IMG/VR virus record: IMGVR_UViG_3300010393_000011
Coordinates: 1 to 58,170 of that record
Strand: one strand, 5' to 3'
Source of the DNA: a virus
Lineage: Duplodnaviria; Caudoviricetes
Length of the DNA: 58,170 bases
Below the pieces are notes generated by a model, which saw only the letters and a list, made by a program, of their open reading frames with translations, was not told the origin of the DNA and made no database searches. The position numbers and the translations under genes are program-made. Shown piece after piece: positions 29,426 to 38,565 of this stretch; position 1 is the first letter of the stretch, and every line of letters starts with the position of its first letter.

Positions 29426-29791
29426 TCAATCTCCCTGATTTAAAATCTTTTCGGCCTCTATGAGGCTCAGGCCTTCCTTCTTGATCAGCATCCAGCGGGC
29501 AAAATTCTGCAGTCCGGTGGTAGCTTTGGCGTGCTTCTCTGCCTGCTTCTTTATCTGTTTGACCTCCTCGGTCATGTCCTCATGCCTTTCCATGCACTCC
29601 TCCCTGGGCACAAATATCGAACGCCCGCTATTCTGACCATGTATCGATGCCAGTCGGCTATAGATCTCGACAATATCCCGGGTATTGTTCTTGACTTGAT
29701 TTCGCAGGGCTCCCCAGCCTACACCGACGCCTACCAATCCCGATAAGAAGCTAATCAAAAGTTGCAAAAATCCCACATGTTCCATCTGCAC
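29426..29791 (-). CDS. Hypothetical membrane protein
   Basis: N-terminal TM segment then coiled coil; GGAGG RBS. Confidence 0.6.
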   Translation of the reverse strand: MQMEHVGFLQLLISFLSGLVGVGVGWGALRNQVKNNTRDIVEIYSRLASIHGQNSGRSIFVPREECMERHEDMTEEVKQIKKQAEKHAKATTGLQNFARWMLIKKEGLSLIEAEKILNQGD

Positions 29792-29803
29792 GCCCTCCCA
29801 TCT

Positions 29804-31228
29804 CTACCGGCCCCAGACGCCAGCCTGCTTAATGTTTGTCAATAGGTGAAATGCTCCCGACGATGCATCGGTCTGGTCTGACACACAGCCCTCTGAGCCG
29901 TCAAAGTTCTCGAGTTCATTTAGATAGGCATCATTCCAGCCCGCTCTCACGAGCTTAATATTGCCGGCTTCGGCCTGGGCCGACAATGGCCGGGCCCGGA
30001 TGCCCTTGGCCTCGCGTACCGGATTTAAAACCACGCTGTAGCCGGCCAGAAGCCTGGCGTAGCCGAGAGCCTCTGCCTTACCGGCCTGCCCAGGATCCTG
30101 CTCGATCCCGACCTTGACCTTATGGCCATCCTGGGAAGCTACGTTTTTGATAGTCTCCTCGACTTTCATGGGGCTCCCCTGGAAGCGGCAAATATCGGTC
30201 ACGTAGAAAATTCCCCTGCTGTCCCTGCCAATCCTCACGCCCGCGGTCCAGGAAGCCTTTTTCTCCTGGCCTGGCTTGGTCTCGGTCGCAGCTCTGTCCC
30301 AGTAGCGTATTTCCTCCTCCAGGGCGGGGGCCGCATTCACAATTTCAAACCAGGGCCGCTGGAAAAAATTGCCGGCTGTCTCCCGTATGTTCCAGTTGCC
30401 ACGGAGCAGACGTTCGCGATCAACCTTCTGAAGGGCCTGCAGGTTGGCTATATATCCGGGATTCCGTTTGAGCAGTATTTTGTTGTCGTAGACTGAAGAG
30501 GGTATAAAGGTGCAGGATTTGGGATCACAATCTGACCCGAATTTCTTTTTAAGCTCCTCGGGACTGTCACCCCAGTGGATCTCATTGCTCACGTTGACCA
30601 TGTAGCGGATTTTACCCGACCGCTTTTCAATGGCGAAGCCCGTATCATCATCGATCCACCAGCGCAGAAACTCCCGCAGCCAGCAGTCCGGGTCCGGATT
30701 GCAGGTCATGCGCATATAGGGGCTGACACGGCAGGTCGAGCGGTTTCGGCTGAACATATAAGCGATCTGGCTCCAGCTGAAGGACTCAGCCTGGTCAAAT
30801 CCAATCAGCGTTATCTGTGAACCGTCCCAGTTATGTTTATCGTTTTCATGCTGCATGTGGGCAAAGCGGATCTTCGACCTGGCCGGGAAGCGCCAGTCCA
30901 GATAACCTTCTCTGGCCACCCCGCGCCAGTGCGGATACATGCTCAAAGATTCATCCCACAGGCCCCCCTCTGCCCTGATCTGAGTATATTCCCGCCTGAA
31001 TATAACCGCACCATAGTTCGAAACTTCGACCCAGCGGAGCGCTTCATACAAAAGAGCCCAGGTCTTGCCACCGCCGGCAGCCCCACCATAAATGGCTATG
31101 TCCGCAGGTGTTTTCAAAAACTCTTCCTGCGGTCCCGGCTGTGGGGAATATCGGATGACCTCCCGTTGGTCAGCCATGGCGGCTCCGAGGATCATGAATA
31201 TGGCAGTCAAAATCAGGCATTTTTTCAT
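29804..31228 (-). CDS. terL: Terminase large subunit
   Basis: YGGAAGGGKT, IGFDQ, TCNPD, WDRA, EQDPG..GK, DQTDA; likely start 31177. Confidence 0.93.
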   Translation of the reverse strand: MKKCLILTAIFMILGAAMADQREVIRYSPQPGPQEEFLKTPADIAIYGGAAGGGKTWALLYEALRWVEVSNYGAVIFRREYTQIRAEGGLWDESLSMYPHWRGVAREGYLDWRFPARSKIRFAHMQHENDKHNWDGSQITLIGFDQAESFSWSQIAYMFSRNRSTCRVSPYMRMTCNPDPDCWLREFLRWWIDDDTGFAIEKRSGKIRYMVNVSNEIHWGDSPEELKKKFGSDCDPKSCTFIPSSVYDNKILLKRNPGYIANLQALQKVDRERLLRGNWNIRETAGNFFQRPWFEIVNAAPALEEEIRYWDRAATETKPGQEKKASWTAGVRIGRDSRGIFYVTDICRFQGSPMKVEETIKNVASQDGHKVKVGIEQDPGQAGKAEALGYARLLAGYSVVLNPVREAKGIRARPLSAQAEAGNIKLVRAGWNDAYLNELENFDGSEGCVSDQTDASSGAFHLLTNIKQAGVWGR

Positions 31229-31722
31229 CGTACATCGCTCTCCTCAGGCAGCAGCTCGCGTCCGTTGGGAGGCATATAAGCGTGTATCACGGGGGGATTT
31301 AAAGGGGTTCCGTCCGGTCCAGAATGCTCAAGGGCATGGCGATCATGCCAATCCTGGGACTTACGGTTCTTGAGATAGAAAATGATGGCTGTTACATCCG
31401 GCGCGATCTGCTTCTTGATGCGCTTGGTCCGGGTGCCTGTGATTTCGCCTTCTTTGTTTTTGGTGACAGATTCTTCGACTTCCTCATACCTGTATCCCAT
31501 AGCCCGTTTAAAAAGGGCATTCTCGACTAAGGCATCGGCGTCGGACTTGCCGGTTTTTAATGCTGACCAAAGTGTCCTGTGATCTTTCATGTAGCGCCGG
31601 AAGGTGGTGTAGCCAATGCCGAGGTTCTCGGCGATTTCCTTGTCGGTTAAGCCGCTGCGCTTCCAGGCTCGGATGGTGTCGATACGATCCTTGACGTGAG
31701 ATTCCCATTTTCCGTTAGGCAT
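31225..31722 (-). CDS. terS: Terminase small subunit
   Basis: HTH GLTDKEIA..LGI, VENALFKRA.G, PDVTA.IF.LKNR. Confidence 0.85.
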   Translation of the reverse strand: MPNGKWESHVKDRIDTIRAWKRSGLTDKEIAENLGIGYTTFRRYMKDHRTLWSALKTGKSDADALVENALFKRAMGYRYEEVEESVTKNKEGEITGTRTKRIKKQIAPDVTAIIFYLKNRKSQDWHDRHALEHSGPDGTPLNPPVIHAYMPPNGRELLPEESDVR

Positions 31723-31768
31723 AGCTCGAACTTCCTCTTGCCGCCATCATCTTCCTCTGAATCTTAAT

Positions 31769-31918
31769 CCGGTGTGCGGGTTTTAAGTTTTTCCCACACA
31801 CCGGCAACCTTTTCACAAGGAGGAACCTATGATATGCGCAGGTAAGAAGCTCTATTGTTTGGAGAGTTACAATGACCCGTTACCATTGATGACATCATTT
31901 GTTGTCATTAATGACATC
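31769..31918 (-). promoter_or_regulatory. Putative activator-dependent late promoter and 5' hairpin
   Basis: -10-like TATCAT (31834-31829) without a -35; palindrome TGTCATTAATGACA (31903-31916); ATGACATC direct repeats; 12-bp hairpin 31769-31804. Confidence 0.4.
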
Positions 31919-32118
31919 GCAGAAGAATCAAATATTGAAACAAGAATGCAACGCCAAGTATCCGTAATTGCATGGATGATAACAACTTGCTGTCAACCGA
32001 AACAATTTAAGGAAAAATGTGTTTAAATAATCGGAAGGAATCTAAATGAACTAACGGAAAAGTTCTTGACATTCATGAGCCAAGAGCCGATATAAACCTA
32101 CAGACGGGATTGGGGACG

Positions 32119-32373
32119 ATGAACGATATAAGGAACAGTCTGACATTTCGATTATTTGCTTTGCCGTCTTTCACAGAGGGAATGGCAAGAATTTTCGATT
32201 TTAATGGATTCTTGCAGGTTTATAATGTAAGCAGGACTCCCGAAGATGCAGATTTCGAAGCCATTTCGAATGATTGGCGAGTGACAGGGTGGGATATAAA
32301 GCAGGCAATGGATGAATATGGGCAAAAGGAAAAGGAAGAGCAAGAAGACAAAGAGAGCGCAAAAACAAAATAA
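32119..32373 (+). CDS. Moron hypothetical protein, partner of DUF2335
   Basis: PSF..G.AR..D, D.EAI..DW...G.DI..AM; ATG 32119. Confidence 0.65.
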   Translation: MNDIRNSLTFRLFALPSFTEGMARIFDFNGFLQVYNVSRTPEDADFEAISNDWRVTGWDIKQAMDEYGQKEKEEQEDKESAKTK

Positions 32374-32803
32374 TGGCCAAATTCAGAGCTATGGGCCAGA
32401 CTCCCCAAATATTTCTCCCCCCCTTATAGGTACTGCCGGATTTAGAGCGGAAAGTTTCAGCGGCCCAATACCACATCCAAAGATCCTGGAACAATATGAT
32501 AACATAGTTCCCGGCTCTGCAGATCGAATAATAGAAATGGCTGAGACCCAAGCTGCCCATCGCCAAGACCTTGAGCGCAGAGTAGTTAAATCTGATATTT
32601 TCAATTCCCGTTTGGGACTGATCTTCGGATTTGTTATCGCTCTATGCTTCATTTGTGGTTCAGCCTATCTACTTTACAATGATAAGACTACCGAGGGGTT
32701 TCTTATGGGAGGAGTGACGCTCTTCTCGCTCGTTGGAGTATTTGTTTATGGATCTCAGCAACGGCGCAAAGAGAGAGAAACCAAGGCATCCATGGAACCA
32801 TAA
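32312..32803 (+). CDS. DUF2335 membrane protein
   Basis: FSGPIPHP..L..Y..IVPG.ADRII.MAE....HR, two TM helices. Confidence 0.85.
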   Translation: MNMGKRKRKSKKTKRAQKQNNGQIQSYGPDSPNISPPLIGTAGFRAESFSGPIPHPKILEQYDNIVPGSADRIIEMAETQAAHRQDLERRVVKSDIFNSRLGLIFGFVIALCFICGSAYLLYNDKTTEGFLMGGVTLFSLVGVFVYGSQQRRKERETKASMEP

Positions 32804-32870
32804 GATAAGAGAAATATTTATAAAGAACCAGGTGAAATCTGCCGAGCGCTTCTCTTTTCGGATGGGCCTA

Positions 32871-33044
32871 TCAGCAGTCATAAATAATACCCAGTATTCG
32901 CCTCTCACTCAAGTCGTATTTCTTGGCGAGGTCTCGGGCAATCTTTCTCACCGGCTGGTCCGGATTTTTTCTGATCTTTCCCTCAAATTCGGCCACAATT
33001 TTGTCATTTCTGAGTTGAATTTCCTTGCTCGGCTTGCCTGCCAT
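32871..33044 (-). CDS. 57-aa Mor/C-like HTH protein (not in ORF track)
   Basis: Translated by hand: MAGKPSKEIQLRNDKIVAEF...RDLAKKYDLSERRILGIIYDC; GAGGT RBS. Confidence 0.65.
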   Translation of the reverse strand: MAGKPSKEIQLRNDKIVAEFEGKIRKNPDQPVRKIARDLAKKYDLSERRILGIIYDC

Positions 33045-33124
33045 GAACATACCTCTTATTGTTTGGATTATCCAATAAACGGTTTTTTAACTTTGCCTTA
33101 CCCAGCTTCATTCTACTTGGCATT

Positions 33125-33532
33125 TCAGATTTCCTCTACCCTTATCAACGCCCCCGGTTCCTGCCCAGGAAGACAATAGGTCTTGAACGATCCTCCATCG
33201 GCAACGATAAAACGGTCGTCTTTCCACAGAAGCCCATTCAATGCATCAGCAGTGGCCTTGATCAGGTTATCCAGATCGCCGTCGGTCGGTGTGCATGGAA
33301 ACCGCCACTTCGGTTTTCTTGGCCTCGGGAAATAAAACATGAAGGCCACGCGTAGAAATATTCCTGCCGGTAGCGGTGCCTTTTTCCAGGTATTTTGTGC
33401 GTACCGCCGGCAATATTCTTTCCAGGCCGCGGCCCCGGGGTGATAATTCGAAGCCCATGTTGACTTGAATTTGCGGGGCCTCTGCTGCGGTCGGGGCCAG
33501 CCTTCTATTTTGAAAGTCAAGAGTTCCGTCAA
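33125..33532 (-). CDS. rusA: RusA-family Holliday junction resolvase
   Basis: P.PQQRPR, DLDNLIKA..DALNG..WKDD. Confidence 0.9.
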   Translation of the reverse strand: MTELLTFKIEGWPRPQQRPRKFKSTWASNYHPGAAAWKEYCRRYAQNTWKKAPLPAGIFLRVAFMFYFPRPRKPKWRFPCTPTDGDLDNLIKATADALNGLLWKDDRFIVADGGSFKTYCLPGQEPGALIRVEEI

Positions 33533-33732
33533 ATCGGCTGACCCGCATCTTCATCGTAACTGAACGTGCACCGGGCTTTCTCAAATTCTTTCCAGACAAA
33601 GTTTCTTAAATGCTTCATGGCGTCCTCCGGCTCCTCATCTTCGCCGACGGCCGCCCGAGCTCCAATTCTTCGATGTTGGTAGTCTCCTAAATTTTTCAGT
33701 TCCGAATATTCGATCTCAATTACCTTCACCAT
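33529..33732 (-). CDS. Hypothetical protein
   Basis: RBS AAAGGA, NLGDYQ motif, coupled to rusA. Confidence 0.65.
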   Translation of the reverse strand: MVKVIEIEYSELKNLGDYQHRRIGARAAVGEDEEPEDAMKHLRNFVWKEFEKARCTFSYDEDAGQPI

Positions 33733-33932
33733 CTCATCCTTTCATCGGGCAGCCGGCGTTTATACCGACCGCCCTTGGACGTTTTTTGGTTGTTTTTGCA
33801 CTCACATCCGACGTGCTAATAAAACAAATATGGATTCAGAAAATATGCCTTTTTCAGACCATGGCATCACCTCCTTCAGACTTTGCATTATGATCTGGCC
33901 AGATCTCTCCCTCTCTGGCTGATTCAGGGTTC

Positions 33933-33966
33933 GTTTCAATCCACGCCCTCGCGAGGGGGGGGCAAC
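33933..33966 (-). CRISPR. Solitary type I-C-like CRISPR repeat (SRU1)
   Basis: GTTGCCCCCCCCTCGCGAGGGCGTGGATTGAAAC; no neighbouring repeat and no cas genes. Confidence 0.8.
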
Positions 33967-34078
33967 AAGACAACCGCAAATACCTTTTCTCGAGCCAGAA
34001 AGCGGCCGCCATTGGCCGATCGATCTTTAGGGCGGTGTTAGGGGACATACATTGTCTTCCCAAGCCCTTCAGATCGTC

Positions 34079-35455
34079 TTAAAACATGTTTTCAACTTCA
34101 ACATCTCCTCGCGAATATTCCTGATATTTTTCTTCCGGCTTATAGTCCAGGAAACGTGTATATTCCTTCTGAAATGTCATCTTGATCCTCCCCGTGGATC
34201 CTCCCCGCGCCTTGGCGATATTGATAACAGCCAAATTGTGTGTAGCTACTGCATCATCACCAAAATGATAATATGGAATATTATGAAATTCAGGCCGGTA
34301 AATAAATATGACCCTGTCAGCGTCTTGCTCTATCGCACCCGAGTCTCTCAGATTATTTAATTGCGGTTCTGCCGAGCCGATCCTACTCAGCTGACTCAAG
34401 ACTATGACCGGAACATTAACTGCTTTCGCTAACTGCTTCAGCGCCCTTGTGGTCCCGGCAACTCGCAAGTTCTGATTCTCGGCCCAGGCGTGAGTAATAA
34501 ATTGCAGGTAATCAACTATTAGCAGTCTCAATCCATGTTGATTTTTATATCTCAAGGCCAGTGCATATAGGTTCGAGATTGTCAATTTATCGGGATCATG
34601 TATAGCCAAAGGCATATTGGCAAATTCAGCGCCGGCTTTAATAATACTATCCTCGTCAGCCTTGGACAGGGAACCCCCGTAAATATCCTCAGAATTTATC
34701 AGGGCTTTCGAACACAAGATCCGGATTGCAAGTTCGGTCTGCGTCATCTCGAGCGATTCAAATAAAACCTGATGTCCTTGTTGGGCCACGTTATCGGCAA
34801 TATTCAGGGCCAGCGTAGATTTGCCCTGGGAAGTTCCGGCTGCCAGGATAATGAGCTGTCCGGGCTGTAAATATCCGAGCTTTCTATCCAGGTCAATATA
34901 GCCAGTCTTAACACCGACAACGTTTTCGTCTTTGTTCTTGTAGCTTTGGATCGCGTTCTCGGTCGGCTCCAATAACTCCGAGAACATCTTTGGATCCCGG
35001 GAACCATTATTGCCTACCAGGCCCAGTACATCAGTCGCAAATCTATTGGCCACATCAACCGCAGGATCGCCGGAAATACAGGCATCCTGCAGTTTCTTGC
35101 CAGCCATATAGAGTTCCCGAAGTTGATGGAAATTTGCCACCGTCTCAGCGTGATGCCTGATATTGGCAGCCGAGGCCACATGATCTGTGAGGGCGGATAA
35201 ATAGGCTCTCCCTCCGGCTTTTTCAAGATCTCCCCTTTTGCTTAATTGATCGATGAGCGCGGTCAGGTCTATTCGGGTGTCATCCATCATCAGGTCAATA
35301 GCTGCTTCGTATATCAGGCGGTGTTTCCGGTCATAAAATTCGCTGCCTTCCAGAAGATCGCAGACACCGTACACGGCATCTTTGAAATAAATCAAAGAAG
35401 ACAAAATCGCCTTCTCGGTATCAAGACTGAATAGCTGTTTGTACTGCCTGGCCAT
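34079..35455 (-). CDS. dnaB: Replicative DNA helicase
   Basis: AAGTSQGKS, SLEM, IVDYLQ, LSQLSR, LRDSGAIEQDAD. Confidence 0.95.
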   Translation of the reverse strand: MARQYKQLFSLDTEKAILSSLIYFKDAVYGVCDLLEGSEFYDRKHRLIYEAAIDLMMDDTRIDLTALIDQLSKRGDLEKAGGRAYLSALTDHVASAANIRHHAETVANFHQLRELYMAGKKLQDACISGDPAVDVANRFATDVLGLVGNNGSRDPKMFSELLEPTENAIQSYKNKDENVVGVKTGYIDLDRKLGYLQPGQLIILAAGTSQGKSTLALNIADNVAQQGHQVLFESLEMTQTELAIRILCSKALINSEDIYGGSLSKADEDSIIKAGAEFANMPLAIHDPDKLTISNLYALALRYKNQHGLRLLIVDYLQFITHAWAENQNLRVAGTTRALKQLAKAVNVPVIVLSQLSRIGSAEPQLNNLRDSGAIEQDADRVIFIYRPEFHNIPYYHFGDDAVATHNLAVINIAKARGGSTGRIKMTFQKEYTRFLDYKPEEKYQEYSRGDVEVENMF

Positions 35456-35461
35456 GAATTT

Positions 35462-35950
35462 TTAATCCCCGCATGGTATCCACTGACCAATATTTTCATA
35501 CCAGACCCAATTGCCATGCTCCGGTTTTGGTGGTCTGTCAGTGAAGCATTTTTCCCCAACTCCGTTCCTATCTACTCTTTCTACTCTACTCTGGTGTGAA
35601 TTTTGTACATCGGGGTTGGGAAATTTGCTCGTCCTTGAGGATTTTCCCCCGCCTTTAAGTCCTTGCCATTTCTGATAATTCTTGATTGTAATGACAAAAT
35701 TGTCGCCCTTCTGTTTGAGCAAAATTGCATTCTTGTTTCTGGCAATCGATAGCATTTTTGTAAGCGATCGACGGTCTGAGCCGACAACCTGAGACAAAAA
35801 TGTCATGCTCTTGACAAAAATGTCACCCGTGTCACCAGACAATTTTGCATAGACAATTAGCTGTAACCAGATTCCTCGTTGGGTACAATTAAGCGATTGA
35901 AACCAGTCATCATTGAAAATGTCAGTCCAGATTTTTGCAAAGATCGCCAT
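35462..35950 (-). CDS. Putative replication initiator/helicase loader
   Basis: N-terminal wHTH-like region ending ITIKNYQKWQ; directly upstream of dnaB. Confidence 0.6.
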   Translation of the reverse strand: MAIFAKIWTDIFNDDWFQSLNCTQRGIWLQLIVYAKLSGDTGDIFVKSMTFLSQVVGSDRRSLTKMLSIARNKNAILLKQKGDNFVITIKNYQKWQGLKGGGKSSRTSKFPNPDVQNSHQSRVERVDRNGVGEKCFTDRPPKPEHGNWVWYENIGQWIPCGD

Positions 35951-36119
35951 GCTGTTCCTCCTCTATAATTGATCTAATTTTCTCTATCATTTCTTCCTGT
36001 CCTGCCCTCACTCCCTGGCCCCATGCCCTTGCAGGTGATTTTGGTAATCGATCCAGCTTTGCAATCCGGCTGATTCTAAGCTCCTGCTCATTGAGATATT
36101 TCTGGATTTTGTCGATCAA
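35922..36119 (-). CDS. Hypothetical protein
   Basis: Coupled ORF in the early operon. Confidence 0.5.
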   Translation of the reverse strand: MIDKIQKYLNEQELRISRIAKLDRLPKSPARAWGQGVRAGQEEMIEKIRSIIEEEQHGDLCKNLD

Positions 36120-36388
36120 AATTTACCCTCCAGGCCTCCGATGCCGGCCGCCAGGGCCTGATCAAAGGCCATCCTTTCATGATCTGCCGCGAGCCTTACC
36201 TCCACATCACTTGGACAGTCTATGCCCTCTTCTCTTAACAAGCGCTTTAACTTGTTAATAGCCAGGATCTCGGATAATCCGGTTTCGACCACAGCTCGCC
36301 TTTCCCCTACCGGCCGGGCCACAGCCACCCATTCACCAAGCCTCTCGGACCTGAAATATTTGATCTCCCTTATGAATCTCTCCGCCAT
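36116..36388 (-). CDS. Hypothetical protein
   Basis: GAGGAGG RBS. Confidence 0.6.
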   Translation of the reverse strand: MAERFIREIKYFRSERLGEWVAVARPVGERRAVVETGLSEILAINKLKRLLREEGIDCPSDVEVRLAADHERMAFDQALAAGIGGLEGKF

Positions 36389-36397
36389 TTATCCTCC

Positions 36398-36655
36398 TCA
36401 TTCGAACATGTCCTGTTGATTTGGATCTGAAAAGTACTTATTCCAGAAATCCCTTACTACAGGGAGGCACCTTTCCTTGAATTCCCATTCATGGCTTTCC
36501 TCATCGTAGCTTCGATCCTCTATCTCGATATTGGCCTTAATTTCTTTTATGAATGCCTTACAGCTCTCCCAGTCGCGCTTCTCCCAGGTCAAACATATCT
36601 TGAAGTACCCGGCGGTCGGTCTGAATAAGGGCATTAAATATTCTCCGAATTCCAT
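36398..36655 (-). CDS. Hypothetical protein
   Basis: Coupled ORF; R.YD....W motif. Confidence 0.55.
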   Translation of the reverse strand: MEFGEYLMPLFRPTAGYFKICLTWEKRDWESCKAFIKEIKANIEIEDRSYDEESHEWEFKERCLPVVRDFWNKYFSDPNQQDMFE

Positions 36656-37020
36656 TTCTTCAATTCATCCATCCTGTAAAAGGCCGGGATCCCCAGCTCC
36701 CGAGCTTTCTCCAGTTCCTCGGCCAGCCCCTTCGAGTCAATATTTGCGGGATTGTCGACAACCTTTACGGCGGCCGATACCTCCATCCATGCTATCGAGT
36801 ATTTGCGAATGGTCTCGAGGTCGATATTGCACCCAGGGTGCAGAAAGAATTGATAGTCCAGCCAGGGACAAAACGGTGCCATGCCGGCCTTGAGAATCTC
36901 GGTAGACTCCGCTATTCCGATTTGCATATTGCGAAAAATCTGCAAGATGTTGCTGCCTGAGTAGGCTCCAGCCATGTATATCCGCGTCATATTCTCAGCT
37001 GTCGAATTCACGGCTGCCAC
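36634..37020 (-). CDS. DUF4406/nucleoside deoxyribosyltransferase-like protein
   Basis: RIYMAGAYS, G..PFCP, SKG...E...A..LGIP. Confidence 0.65.
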   Translation of the reverse strand: MAAVNSTAENMTRIYMAGAYSGSNILQIFRNMQIGIAESTEILKAGMAPFCPWLDYQFFLHPGCNIDLETIRKYSIAWMEVSAAVKVVDNPANIDSKGLAEELEKARELGIPAFYRMDELKKWNSENI

Positions 37021-37222
37021 CTTGCCTCCCCGCGCTCCTTATTTGCTTTCCCATCTTCATGCCCGCCCGATTGCAGATATCCGATGCGGATAGGCTGAAC
37101 CGTTTTGCGATAATATTAAGGATGTTGATGTCCGTAAGAACATCCCCCAATGTTCGAGCTTCCCTTCTGGTTAGCTTCAACCTCAAATGTCCTGCCATTT
37201 GCCTCCCTGCATAGAATTCCAA
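36995..37222 (-). CDS. Hypothetical protein
   Basis: GGGAGG RBS before MAGHL. Confidence 0.45.
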   Translation of the reverse strand: MEFYAGRQMAGHLRLKLTRREARTLGDVLTDINILNIIAKRFSLSASDICNRAGMKMGKQIRSAGRQGGSREFDS

Positions 37223-37233
37223 TTTTCTTTTAT

Positions 37234-37356
37234 TTACCTCTTACTTAATTGCTTACACACGCCAATTATGACCAGCATAGGCAGTGCCAGCACCGCATAA
37301 ATGCCGGCGATAACGAGCCACACCGCTGCAGCGACGATGCGGACCAGGGTGGTCAT
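37234..37356 (-). CDS. Small hydrophobic peptide (~40 aa, not in ORF track)
   Basis: ATGA overlap with the upstream stop; MTTLVRIVAAAVWLV...AVLALPMLVIIGVCKQLSKR. Confidence 0.4.
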   Translation of the reverse strand: MTTLVRIVAAAVWLVIAGIYAVLALPMLVIIGVCKQLSKR

Positions 37357-38105
37357 TCCGGCAATTCCCTTCTCTTGATTGATTCTGGCCATTCGTTCAT
37401 GTTATGACTGATCTTCCCGTTGATTTCGACCTGCTTTACAAAGCATGGGGTCCAGCCCCACCGGCATTGATCGAGGATTTTATCAATCCATTCAGGATCG
37501 CATCCCCGGCGCCTTGGACCTGATTCGCAACCCACAAGTACCCAATCCAAATCTCGAACAATCGGAATTAAATCAATCTCTCCCAGCATTGGCTCTATAC
37601 TGACGAACTTCTTGGCAGCAGGAATCTGCATTAATATCGGAATGCGCTTATCGGCCTGTTCCTGATTCTCAGTGGTCACTCCCAGCCATATGTGATTAAG
37701 CCGGTCCGGAAAGCGATAGCGCATTCTGGGAAATATCTCCGCCATTCGTTCAGGCCTCTTTGTCAGGATTTGAAATACTGACTTCGAATTGTGGCCGATC
37801 TCCCTAAAGATATCTGTCAGCCATTCCTCGGGAACATTCTCATGAAAGATATCTCCCATGCTTCCAATGAAGATCATCTTGCCGACAGGAGCTTTTCGTA
37901 TCTGCTCAAGTGCCGGTTTATGGAAAGCAGTCTGGCCGGTCCAACCGCGATCATCAACCACGGTTTGATATTGTGGCCTCCCCATCGCCTTCAATCGTTT
38001 TGCCATCTTCTCTGCATAGCAGTTCTGACAACCCGGGCTCACCTTGGTGCAGCCAACAATGGGATTTATGGTTATATCAGTCCATTCGATTTTGCTCTTT
38101 GCCAC
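37353..38105 (-). CDS. Phage Gp37/Gp68 (DUF5131) radical-SAM-like protein
   Basis: SKIEWTD, GCTKVSPGCQNCYAE, QILTKRP, SIEPML, VGCESG, FVKQ. Confidence 0.92.
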   Translation of the reverse strand: MAKSKIEWTDITINPIVGCTKVSPGCQNCYAEKMAKRLKAMGRPQYQTVVDDRGWTGQTAFHKPALEQIRKAPVGKMIFIGSMGDIFHENVPEEWLTDIFREIGHNSKSVFQILTKRPERMAEIFPRMRYRFPDRLNHIWLGVTTENQEQADKRIPILMQIPAAKKFVSIEPMLGEIDLIPIVRDLDWVLVGCESGPRRRGCDPEWIDKILDQCRWGWTPCFVKQVEINGKISHNMNEWPESIKRRELPE

Positions 38106-38565
38106 CGCATGACCTTTCTGCCTCGAACTTTAATTCAGCTCCAATTTTCCTGATTTCATGGTCCGGGAATGCGAGCAGGTTGTCATAACCTATTGATAGA
38201 AATGGCCGACCAATATTCAGCTTGTAACGGCCATTTTTATCAGACACAATCAGGTCCGGTTTACTTGGATATATCTTATATTTGTCCGGGAATGCGTCGC
38301 GGCCCATTTCCTTCTTAAGATTGTACATATACCTGGCCTGACAATCTCCGCAATCAAACTGTTCTTTCCTCACCCATCCACTGGCATCTTCAAAAGCCCA
38401 ATGTGATGTGACCACGGATTGATAAGCCAGCTTTGTCAAATACGAAAAACTCTTTGGGGTCAGATAGACATCTCGATTCAAGAAACGAACGTGATACCGA
38501 ACGCTTTTGCCACTGCCTTTGCCAACATATTTGGGTTTTCCGATGACAAGTAAGACTTCACTCAC
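38077..38565 (-). CDS. Hypothetical protein
   Basis: Coupled ORF, 162 aa. Confidence 0.55.
   Translation of the reverse strand: MSEVLLVIGKPKYVGKGSGKSVRYHVRFLNRDVYLTPKSFSYLTKLAYQSVVTSHWAFEDASGWVRKEQFDCGDCQARYMYNLKKEMGRDAFPDKYKIYPSKPDLIVSDKNGRYKLNIGRPFLSIGYDNLLAFPDHEIRKIGAELKFEAERSCGGKEQNRMD

Noticed and set aside
31178-31228. Signal-peptide-like N-terminus on TerL
   Set aside because: An internal ATG at 31177 has a GGAG RBS; likely a start-site artefact
33854-34063. 69-aa ORF spanning SRU1
   Set aside because: Reads through the CRISPR-like repeat, has no clear RBS and no protein-like motif; probably non-coding
35571-35593. CTACT repeats as replication iterons
   Set aside because: Too short and low-complexity to support an origin call
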